From Mobula hypostoma (lineage: Eukaryota), in NCBI RefSeq assembly GCF_963921235.1, contig NC_086108.1, forward strand, positions 62,186,001 to 62,250,000: a stretch of 64,000 nucleotides of DNA, given 5' to 3'. The notes under the pieces are model-generated. The model did not search any database. It had not been told where the DNA came from and saw only the letters and a list, made by a program, of their open reading frames with translations. This document shows, piece after piece, positions 39,060-49,726 of this stretch (position 1 is the first letter of the stretch; every line of letters starts with the position of its first letter). The position numbers and the translations under genes are program-made.

Positions 39060-40445
39060 GGTCTTACACGATGAGCAGTAGGGCATTGAGGAGTGCAGTC
39101 GAACAGAGGGATCTGGGGATACAGTCATGATTCCTTGAAAGTGGCACAGGGTCATGATGAAAGCTTTTGAAATGAATCAGTGTATGGAGTTCAGGAGTTG
39201 GGATGTTATGTTGAAATTGTATAAGATGCTGGTGAGGCCTAAAATGGAGTACTGTGTCCAGTTTTGTTCACCTACCTACAGAAAAGATAAATAACATTGA
39301 GAGAGTGAAGAGAAAATTTGTGCTGGGACTTGAAGGCCAGAGTTATAGGGAAAGATTGAAGAAGTTAGGTCTTTATTCCTTAAAATGTAAAAGAATGAGG
39401 GGAGATTTGAAAGAGGTATACAAAATTATAAGATGTATAAATAAGGTTTTTCCACTTAGGATGGGTGAGACGAACTAAGGTTGAAAGGTGAAATATTTAA
39501 GTGGAACATGAGAGGGAACTTCTCTACTCAGAGGGTGGTGGGAACGTGGAATGAGTTGCCAGCACAAGTGGTGCATGCGGGGTCAATTTCAACATTTAAG
39601 AGAAATTTGAATAGATCCAAGGATGGTAGGGATAAGGAAGGCTGGTCCAGGTACAGATCCTGCTGTTTCTGGAGGACAGCGCGTAGATGCTCAGAGAAGC
39701 GATCTCCCAATCTACATTGGGTCTCACTGTCATACAGGAGGCTACACCAGAAGCACCCGATACAGGAGATGGCCCCACAGGTCAAGTGTCACCTCACCTG
39801 GAAGGACTGGTGGGGCCCTGAATGGTGAGGGAGGAGGTGTAGGAGCATGTGTGGCACTTGTTTCTGTTTGAAAGGATAAGTACCAGGAGGGAGATCAGTG
39901 GGGAGAATGAGAGGACAGGGGATGAACATCACATGAACATCAATTTTCCTGAAAAACCTGATCGCATGAACATCGATTTCTCGAAAACCTGATGGCACAA
40001 ACATCAATTTCTCAAAGTTCTGGTAATTAACTACCCCCCTCCCCCCCTTCACCATTTCCCATTCCCTCTCTCACCTTATCTCCTCACCTGTCCATCATCT
40101 CATTCTGGTGCTCCTCCTGCTTCCCTTTCTTCCGTGGTCTTTTACCCTCTCCCCCTCCTCCAGCCCTGTACCTCTTTCACCAATCAACTTCCCAGCTCTT
40201 TACTTCACCCATCCCCCTCCTGGTTTCACCCATCACCTACCACCTTGTATTTCTTTCTCCCCTCCCCCCAACTTCTTACTCTGACCTCTCCCCTTCCTTT
40301 CCAGTCCTGAAGGGGAGAATACTGAATACTGAAACGTCGACTGTTTGCTTATTTCCATAGATGCTGCCTGGCCCGCTGAGTTCCTCCGCATTTTTGTGTG
40401 TTGCTTTGGATTTTTAGCATCTGCAGATTTTCTTGTGAGCTTACC
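39060..40445. mobile_element. CR1 3' fragment (+) followed by Penelope fragments in both orientations
   Basis: RMRGDLKEVYKII..RGNFSTQRVV (CR1), CRLGDRFSEHL (GIY-YIG region), and a pLTR with a degenerate hammerhead at ~40303-40342. Confidence 0.75.
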
Positions 40446-40853
40446 CTCCACTTCTTACTGCCTTAGGTTGCACATCAACTAATCGTACACAGCCGGGATG
40501 CAACATCCATGGTCGATCCTGAGCAATGGAGACCCCAGGAAGATCCGCCTACTAATTTTGTAAATTTTCAATTCATTCTTATCCAGAACTCTACAACACG
40601 AGTAGGATTATACATGGGTAAATAGGTTCAACAAAATATGACCCACTTCCTCGGCAAGTAAATGCAATGGCATCTTTAATTTAATTACTCCATAGCAAGA
40701 CAGAAATATTCAAGAATTGTGCAAATACAACTTTATATACTTCACACTGAAAAGATGAAAGGTGATTTTGCTCAGACTGGTTTTTTTTTCCGCCTGTAGT
40801 GAAATATATTAACTTGTCTGTGCAGCTTTTATTTTGGAAACTGAATTATTTAC

Positions 40854-40928
40854 CTGCAGGTAATACTCAATTTCAGACTTGATACTTGGAATCCATTTTT
40901 TCACATCAATGGCCGAATTCAATGAAGA
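40854..40928 (-). CDS. ISY1-like protein coding exon 3
   Basis: ttttatttgtag|TCT...CAG|gtaaat, 75 nt, reads SSLNSAIDVKKWIPSIKSEIEYYLQ (ISY1: ...AEKWRRQIIGEI...). Confidence 0.9.
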
Positions 40929-41134
40929 CTACAAATAAAAACAAAAATAATTCAAATTATAAAACATAAATACTTGAATTGAAGCTGCCATGTAATAATC
41001 ATTTCAAGATGTATGAAGGTACTTGGTTTTAGGGTAAAGATAAAATCATTGATTAGATTGCATTGACAATGTTTTTCTCAGTGAAGTGAAAATTACAAAG
41101 TCAAAGCAGTCAATTCAGACTAGATCAACAACAC

Positions 41135-41730
41135 ATCATGCCATTAGGATGGAGTCTACCCAGACAAAATACAAGGTATTGCTCCTCCAACCCGAGTGTG
41201 GCTCCATCATAACAGTAGAGGAGGCCATGGACTGGCATGTCGGAATTTGAAGAAGGATTAAAATGGGTGGCCACCAGGAAATCCCGCTTTTCTGGCAGAC
41301 TCTAGGTGCTCAGCGAAGCGGTCTCCCCATTTACTTTGTGTCTTAGCAATATACAGGAGACTATAATGGGAGGACCAGATACAGTAGATGACCCCAACAG
41401 ACTCGCAGGCGAAGTCTCGCATCACCTGGAAGGAATGTCTGGGGCCCTGAAAAGTAGTGAGGGAGGAGGCTACTGTAGTAATTTTGTACTGCACTGTACT
41501 GTTATCACAAAAAAAAACAAATTTCATGACATCTATCACCTACCACCTTGTAAATCTTCCTTCCTTCCCTCCTTCTTGCTCAAACTTCCCATCTTTTTTC
41601 CAGTCCTGATGAAGGGTCTCAACCTAAAATGTTGACTGTTTACTCTTTTCTCACAGATGCTGGTAGGCCCGCTGACTTCCTCCAGCATTGTGCATGTTGG
41701 TTAGATCTCCAGCATCTGCAGACTTTCTCG
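41135..41730. mobile_element. Penelope-like fragments
   Basis: FQGPRHSFQVMRDFACESVGVIYCIW...GDRFAEHL on the minus strand, then a plus-strand pLTR with CTGATGA..AAAA hammerhead variant at 41602-41637. Confidence 0.78.
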
Positions 41731-41906
41731 TTAATGTAAAATGCCATTTGGATGTAAGCTATACTCAAATGTAACACATATTCTTCCAGTTTGTATTTGG
41801 CCTCTCCATAGCAATGGAGAAGGCAAAGACACACAAATTGATGTGGGAGGGGGTAGGAGAGTTAAAATGACATGCTGCAGACTGAAAAATAGCTGTGCAT
41901 ACCCAC

Positions 41907-41947
41907 CAGTTTGGGTCGATTTTGATGGATCTCTCTTAGACGGCCCT
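41907..41947 (-). CDS. ISY1-like protein coding exon 2
   Basis: tttttttttgttcaatag|AG GGC CGT...CTG|gtgggt, 41 nt, reads (E)GRLREIHQNRPKL and restores the frame between exons 1 and 3. Confidence 0.88.
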
Positions 41948-42354
41948 CTATTGAACAAAAAAAAATACAGAGATGAAGGATGGTCAGATATGAATAAATT
42001 TTGGATGACAACATTTTGTAGTTAGAGAGTTAGGAAATGTAAAATTTTCAAAGTTTCTTCACAGAGCAATAGCAACAAAATATGACAAGGGGTCAAACTA
42101 TGCTACTAGGAATGACTAAAAGGTTATTCAAAGTGTAACATTTTAGAGGGGGATGAAGCAGAGGTTTGGAAATGGAATTCCAGACACTGGACCTCAAACA
42201 GCTAAAAGCACTGTTGCCGATAGTAAAAGTTATGGTTTCAGAATGCTAGAACCCAAAATAGAAAGACCAGATATCTCAAACAATTTTAAGGCCTGTGGCA
42301 GTTGAAAGGTTAAAAATAATGACCCCAGAACAGATAACTGTGTGTTAGACTGTT

Positions 42355-43060
42355 CAAAAACACCGGAGGAACTGAGGTCAGGCAGCATTTGTGAAAATGA
42401 ATAAATGGTTGACATTTCAGACTGAGACCCTTCATCAGGAAGGATGAAGAGGCCAGAGTAAGAAGGGGTAGGGAGAAGAGGAAAGAGAACAAGTTAGGCG
42501 ATAGGTGAACACAAGATATTCTGTAGATGTTGGAAATCCAAAGCAACACACACGAAACACTGGAGAAACTCAGCATGTCAGGCAGCTTCTCCGGAAATGA
42601 ACCAATGTTTCAGGCCGAGACCCTTCTTCAGAACTGAGAAGGAAGAGGAAAACACCAGAATAAAATGAGAGGAAGAAGGGCTAGTTAGAAGGTGATAGGT
42701 GGGTGAGAAAGGTAAAGGGCTGGGGAAAGATGAAAGAGGAGAGTGGACCATGAGAGAAAAGGAAAGAGGAGGGGCACCAGCAGGAGGCGATAGGCAGGGG
42801 AGGAGAAAAGATAAGAGGCCAGAGTAGGGAGTAGAAGGTTGTGTATGTGGGGAGGTGGGGGCAGGAGAATTACCAGTAATTGACGTTCATTCCATCAGGT
42901 TGGACACTACCTAGACGGAATATGAGGTGTTACTCCTACACCCTGAAAGCAGCCTCATTGTGACAAAAGAGGAGGCAACAGACTGACATGTCAAAATGGG
43001 AATAGATTTAAAATGGCTGGCCACCAGGAAATTCCACTTCTGGTTGATGCAGCAGAGGTC
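42355..43060 (-). mobile_element. Penelope-like element with a tandem partial pLTR
   Basis: Two successive pLTR heads, each with a hammerhead-like CTGA(T/A)GA..GAAA (~42407-42441 and ~42604-42635), then a purine-rich tract and the GIY-YIG 3' region. Confidence 0.75.
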
Positions 43061-44929
43061 CTCCACCTTTTGATTTTGAGAAACATTTGGAGGTTCCATA
43101 TGCAAGGTTGGTCAACTGTTTAAGTAGGTCCCTAGGAACGCAACAAAAAGGAGCATTTTTGAGAAGCTGTCAGCCACAATTATACTGTGAAGTAAGCATA
43201 ACTAGAAGTTAGACCATCATGAAATAAATGGAACAATGCTTCAAAATAACATTCTCTCATTCTCATTGAGGAGCTTCCTAGATTTGCTGGGTTTCAGGGT
43301 TAGAGAGATGAAAAAAAACAAACATAACAACAGTGTCATCTGATTGTGATAGGAAAAGAACCAATGAACACTAGAAACCTCAGGCAGACAGAGGAGTAAG
43401 TTGCTACTATAGTAACAGAAGATAACTAGAGGCCCATGTTACGTCAGTGTGGAGATATGGTCATAAGACTCACTTGGGGCAGCTTTTCAGCAGTCTCTAC
43501 CTGACTGGCCTTATATCAATAACTAGAATGCAACGGAACTGGTGAAATGGAAAATGAATGTTGTTGTGGAACACCAATAACCTGGATGCAACAGGCCAAA
43601 TGGGTTGGCCCTGATCTGGATTATAAATGTTGTATTATTTAAGTGGAGGAGAGAATAAGGCACAGGAAGAAATTGGTTCTAAGAAAACAGGATTTATCTT
43701 CTCATCAAATTTGGAACGACACTGAAACTGTAGCAAAAATCCAGAACCCGTTGGGCTCAATTTTGACAGTTCGCTTACATGACTTTCTATTCTCTGAATT
43801 GCAGACTCAGTGTGGGTCTGAAATTTAGAGAATAATTGGAAGCCGAAAGCCTGACTGAGAATGGTCTCATTGTGACCTGATGGCCAGCATTAACTTGAAA
43901 TCAAAGACAGAACTCTTCATCCATTTGTTGTGCAGTGTATGTAAGACAGCATCATGTGACGATGAAGAAATGTTATAGAAAAACCATGGCATAGTCCCTA
44001 TCATGAAAAAGTTGTGGAAAGATTTCTTATACAAATACTCCCTGAGACTGATCTGCACTCAACAGGACCATTCCTGATCTTCTCACTCAACACCTTTTCA
44101 TGCTATACCATCAAAGGGTGTTTGATATTTCCAAAGCACTTAGCACACAAGAACGTGTGAAATTAGCTGCAAAAGCTGGTCATTATGGCATTTTATATAG
44201 TGAGCTGTGATTGTGACAGCAATGCAGTGTGGATAACATATCACAAAACCCTGCCTTTCCCAGTTTTGTGCTGTCATGCCTGGAACCCAGTTGAGGGAAC
44301 TCCCAGATCAATGAAATGAATGGTTTGGTGGACAGCGAGCAACAAAGGCAATGTACAGCGGTTGCCCATGAGAACTGGTGTTGGGTGGCAAGAGCAGGCA
44401 CTCAATGCTGAGACACAGGGCTGCATCCTAGCCAATGTGGACCCCATTACTGGGAACCGGCAAAGGTGTTCTCACTGTTGACAGATCACCTACCCAGTCT
44501 TCCCCCACCCCAGTCAAATCCCTTAGTCTCTCTTTTTACAACACGTTGGACATGACGGACACTGCTGTCTCCCCATAGTTACCTGGCTGCAAGACTCACC
44601 CCATCCTGAGATTTCTGCAGCTAGACCTTTAAGAACTTGCTCCTTGTTCCAGTCCTAAATAGTAAACACCTATTTCTGAGATGAATGACTACTTAGATTC
44701 ATCAGCTAGGGAAAACCCCGCATCTACCTTGCCAATATTTAAGAATCACTACTACTAAATATATATACACATACACACACGTCTTTATTACGTTTTGCAT
44801 TGCTACCGCAAAGACAACAAATTTCACGACATATACCGATGATATTAAGCAGATTTTGATTGCATAAGCAGAACCATTTAAAATGAGTCCTGCAGTTATC
44901 CTACTGGGGAAATAAGCCACACTGCATTC

Positions 44930-45490
44930 AATTCATTCCGGGCGGCGGAGCACTGACGGTGGCTACAATCCGGGGGTTCTCCTCACACAGACAAACTCAC
45001 TGGTGTTTCCAAGCACGCTTATAGACAATGAAACGTGTATTCACGTAGGTTTCCTACCCTCCTTCTCTCTCTGCAGCCACAGTCGATTCAGTTTCCCCAG
45101 CTGCTTCTCCTCATTGCGAGCCATCGTCGCGTTTACAAAGGCGTTCCTCCCCCACCGGGTCTTCCAGTTTCCCGAAAGCCTCTTGGGCAGAACGGAGAGG
45201 GGGTAAAAACCACAACGGTAACATGTGACGGCGATCAAAAATTTGACTGTGACGTTGGGCCGAGTCTGCGGAGAAGGGGAGGGGGCGGGATCTGTGTTGG
45301 GCGGACAATGACGCACATCATGTCACGTGGGAGGAGGAGCGGTTACTGGGCGGACTATGACGCACGTCGTGTCACGTGGGAGGAGGCGCGGGCGCTGGGC
45401 GGACTATGACGTGAGGTCATGTCTCGTAGGAGGGAGCGGGGGTGTTTGTTGGGTGGACGGTGGATTAAGATTGACGAAGGCTCGGCTGTT
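44930..45490. promoter_or_regulatory. CpG-island promoter of the ISY1-like gene, containing a 3x49-bp tandem repeat of GC-box/CRE half-site/E-box
   Basis: High CpG density. Repeat units start at 45299, 45348 and 45397, consensus GGGCGGAC(A/T)ATGACG...TGTCACGTGGGAGG. Confidence 0.75.
45058..45124 (-). CDS. ISY1-like uncharacterised protein, coding exon 1 (from memory resembles zebrafish si:dkey-86e18.1; unverified)
   Basis: gcgacgATGG Kozak context, MARNEEKQLGKLNRLWLQREKE, donor G|gtagga (phase 1). Resembles the ISY1 N-terminus MARNAEKAMTALARF. Sits in a CpG island. Confidence 0.9.
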
Positions 45491-47757
45491 CCACAGGCTG
45501 CTGAAGAACATCAAATCACAAAGTTGACTTCAATCCAGAAAAGGTTCTCATCCCAAAACGGTGACTGTCCCACTGAGTTCTGTAGCAGTCCGTGTGCTGC
45601 TCTGGATTCCAGCATCTGTAGTCTCTTGTCTTAATTTTGACACTCTTGAAGCAGACTGATAATTGATGCATGGTGCTGTATATGGTGCAGCTGTAGAACT
45701 CAGTCCACTTGGACTGAAGCCATGGATTTCCCAGAATGTGCAAAGGATCTTGGCACTGGGTGAGGACTCCCAGAATGAGGCTGCATCTCCCAGAATAGTA
45801 CATGGTTCTCCAAGAATGAAGCCAGGGATCGAAAATGAGAAACAGGTGCTTAAAATATCTGTAATGGCAGAACATTTATGACAAATGGACCATCCAGCAC
45901 GCCCCTACCATCCAGCGCCAGGTCTGTAGACCTGCAGGTCATATGAAGTATACATCCAAGTAGAATTTTGGCCTTTGCCACCTTTAAATCTTTGTTCCTG
46001 CCTATTCACATAACCAATCTCTATCCCTCCCCACCAAGCCTCTCAGCATTCTCCTCACAACCTATGCTGTTAACTTACTTTGTATTGCCAGCAAATTTGG
46101 ATCTTTTACACTTGGCCCCATCTTCTAAATCACTGATAAAGATTGTGAAAAGCAGGAGCCTCTAAATTTCCCTGCACTAGAGTTGCCCTTCAACCTGAAA
46201 ATAACACATTTATCCTTACTCTCTGCTTTCTATCTGTCAATCAGCCATCAATCTACCAGTTCATTATCCCCAATCCCCAATCCCTACTACTTCTATCAAA
46301 ATATCAAACTTCCTTTGACATTTGATATTTCAGTCTACATCTATTTGCACTGCCACGTTTGCTTTCATTTCTCTAGGTCTTCCACTCAGTCAAGACTAGG
46401 AGAAAAGCCACAGAAATTCATACACTACTGCCATGAACAAATACAAATACAAAGCATTGTATCAGGTAAAGAATAATGAATTTTTAATAGTTAAATTTGC
46501 CTTTTATGAATAGTTCCACAGTTTTCTTGCATTGTTTCAAGTAATACATTATATTGAGTTTGCAGACTTTCATTATAATGTATGTAAACAACAGTAAAAC
46601 CAACAGATTTGCAACATGCCCATTCTATCTGGGATTAGTGGACACGTTGTTTAATAATACTTTATTAACTATAATAACCAGTTTCTCTGACATGATTTCA
46701 ATCAGATTGTCTGGTCACATTTGTAAAAGGAAGTCTGTACAGTTGCATCATAATTTATGTGGGAAGATCATTCAGACCCTCAATAAATGGTATTTTATGG
46801 TTTCACACTGCAAACTGCACATACTTAATTGTGATGTACCTGGAGTGGGCTATGTTAGGTGACCACCAGAAGGTTAACCTGAGCAATCCTTACCATGAAG
46901 CATAGAGGCCTGACATCCATTAACCTGATTACATTTAATTTTAGTGACAGATCCTATGCACTCCTGTGTATGTCTCTGTAAAACCTGCATTCTTAGTTAG
47001 CATTAATTTAACTTATTCACATATCTTATGTCCATTTTCCCTAAGACAATATATTTCTGTACAAGTCTCCTTAAACATTGCACTTAGTAGGGAATGGTAT
47101 GATTACTTGTCAACTAAAACATGATATCCACCATCCATACCACACCAGTATATGCATTTACTAATGAAGTTTCCAATAGAAAGCAAAGAAAATATTCAAA
47201 CTGAACTATTTGAAGTATAGCCTTGTAGCAAGATCAATCTTTCTTCTCCCAAGCAATATATTATCGTTTATAACTTGGGGGTAATGGTGCAAGTTATAAA
47301 CAGGGAACAAGAACTCAATTGAAACCATGAGAAAGGTATACGTTTTGCATGTATACATCAGTATCTGAAACATAAGCACCTTGTCATGAGAAAGAAAGGA
47401 TCGGGATTATGAAAACCACTAATCTGTTCAAACCCTGCAAATATAATCTGATGAATAGAACTTCAGTCTTTACTGTAGTATCACAAGAAGACAAGAAAGT
47501 AGCGGCGTGAGTAGGGCCACCAAGCCCCTTGGGCCTGTCTTCCTTTCAATATATTTAACCGTGGCTGTTTTATGCCGACCTCAGCTCTTCTTCTTTGCTG
47601 TTTCCCAATATCACTCCATCTTTCAAATGTTTATCAACTTCTACTGTAAGTATGATCTGGCTTCACCAATCTGGAGCAGAGAATTCCAGAGACTTTCTAT
47701 CCTCTGAGAAAAGAAATTTATAAGCACCTTGGTTTTAAATGATGCCTCTTATTTTCA

Positions 47758-48402
47758 CAAACAAGAGAAAATCTGCAGATGCTGGAAATCCAACCAACAC
47801 ACACAAAATTCTGGAGGAACTCAGCAGGCCAGGCAGCATCTATGGAAAAAAGTACAGTCGATGTTTCGGGCCGAGACCCTTTGGAAGGACTGGAGAAAAA
47901 AAGCTGAGTAGATTTAAAAGGTGGTGGGGTGGAGAGAGAAACACAAGGTGAAAAATTAGGACAGAAAGGCATAGAAGAAAGAAAAGGGGGGAGGAGCACC
48001 AGAGGAAGGCAATGGGCGGAAAAGTAGATAAGGTGAGAGGGGGAAAAGGGAATGGGGAATGGTGAAGGAGAGGTGGGGGGGGGATGGATGAACTACCAGA
48101 AATATGAGAAATTGGTATTCATGCCATCAGGTTGGAGGCTACCCAGATGGAATATAAGTGTTGTTCCTCCAATCTGAGTGTGGCCTCATCAAGGTAGTGG
48201 AAGGCATATTGAAATGGGAATGAGAAGTGGAATTAAATGGGAGATCTCACTTTTTCTGGCGGACAGAGCGTGGGTTCTTGGCAAAGCGGTCTCCCAATCT
48301 ACATCGGGTCTCACTGATATACAGGAGGCCACACCGGGAGCACCGGACACAGTATATGACCCCAACAACTCACAGGTGAGGGTTCACCTCACTTGGAAGG
48401 AC
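47758..48402 (-). mobile_element. Penelope-like element 3' part
   Basis: Same pLTR head (CTGCAGATGCTGGAAATCC..GCAGGCCAGGCAGCATC..GAGACCC) and GIY-YIG-region sequence as the copy at 21093. Confidence 0.8.
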
Positions 48403-49726
48403 CATTTGCAGTTATCAATACTCAAAATTTCATTTGATATTGTTTAGGAGCTAGGAAATATTTGACAGTGTTCTTAGAATTTAGACTTCATTTTCGGACT
48501 TAAATGTATTGTCTTCAGTGTATTGTGAGAAACAGATAGATTTGCTAGACAGATTTTCCTCATTCCATGTTTTATCCTTGCCAATGCTTCAAAAGATGTT
48601 TACTTGTTTCTGTAGCTCAAACCTGCTCTAAGCATGTTAAATATGAAGATTCTGGGGAGCGGGGGTTAGTGGATGAGATAGAATAAACTCAAACACTATT
48701 TGCCATCCTAGCAGTGTTGAACTGATTGATGACTTTTTGGTAAATCTGAAGTGAAATTGCTACATTTTATATGCTTTAGAACTACAGCATAAAATTAAAG
48801 TTTACTAAAGAAGTTGCAACATATATCTCCAGTCAGAAACACTATACAATAGTGTTCTAAACCTTACTATTATCTGTATACATTTAAACATTTGTAGAAG
48901 TTATTTGATTGATGTCATTTTCTTAAAAAGACAGAAAAGAACTATTACTGTTGCATAGACAGGAACCAGATTTATGTAAAACTCAAAAAGTAACAGGATG
49001 GTAATAATCTTCGTACCAGAGTAAAAAATAAAAGCCTTGATACACAATTAATCCAACAGTAAGTGCAACCATCACAAAGGAAGTTATTTCTGAACAAAAA
49101 TTATAATTAGTTTGTAAGTAGCAGAATTAGTCAAGAGGTCTTCACAGTATAATAATATTAACCACATGTGCCACGTTTTTTTATGTATCAACCAGATCAG
49201 TGTAATTGTAGACAATTGTTCAAATGGAAGATATTTACTTAAAGAGATTAGTATGGAACATGTGTAATAACCTGCTGAGCCACAATGAATAGTAGAGCAT
49301 AAGGACAAACTGTCTTTACCCATTTGCTCCTCTCTTCCTCTGAAAATGCTATTGCAATCAATGCAAAATAAGTTTGTAAATTGTGAATTTTGATATTAAA
49401 TGGTGGACAGCTGTTCAATCTTGTGTTGGAAAGGCAGAATATACCTAAATCTAATGTAGTCCTCATCAAATGCTGATAACATTTGAACAAGGGTCGCCAG
49501 ATAACAATCAGAAAGAGAAACAATAGATAAATTCCTCTTTTGTATTCTTTCCCCCTTCCCCCATTAGCCTCAGAATACTAAAACTTTTCAAATAAATCTA
49601 GCTGAGGCTTGTTACTCGGCGTAAAATAGAATGGAAAATAAAACCGTACTGGTCTACTAGATATGTTATAGGCCACGCCAATCACTGCCTTAGCCAATTA
49701 AGCCATCAGTAAAATTGAATTTGTTC

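Noticed and set aside
45663-45881. 72-aa plus-strand ORF downstream of the CpG island
   Set aside because: No recognisable homology or supporting splice structure, and it adjoins a decayed Penelope pLTR.
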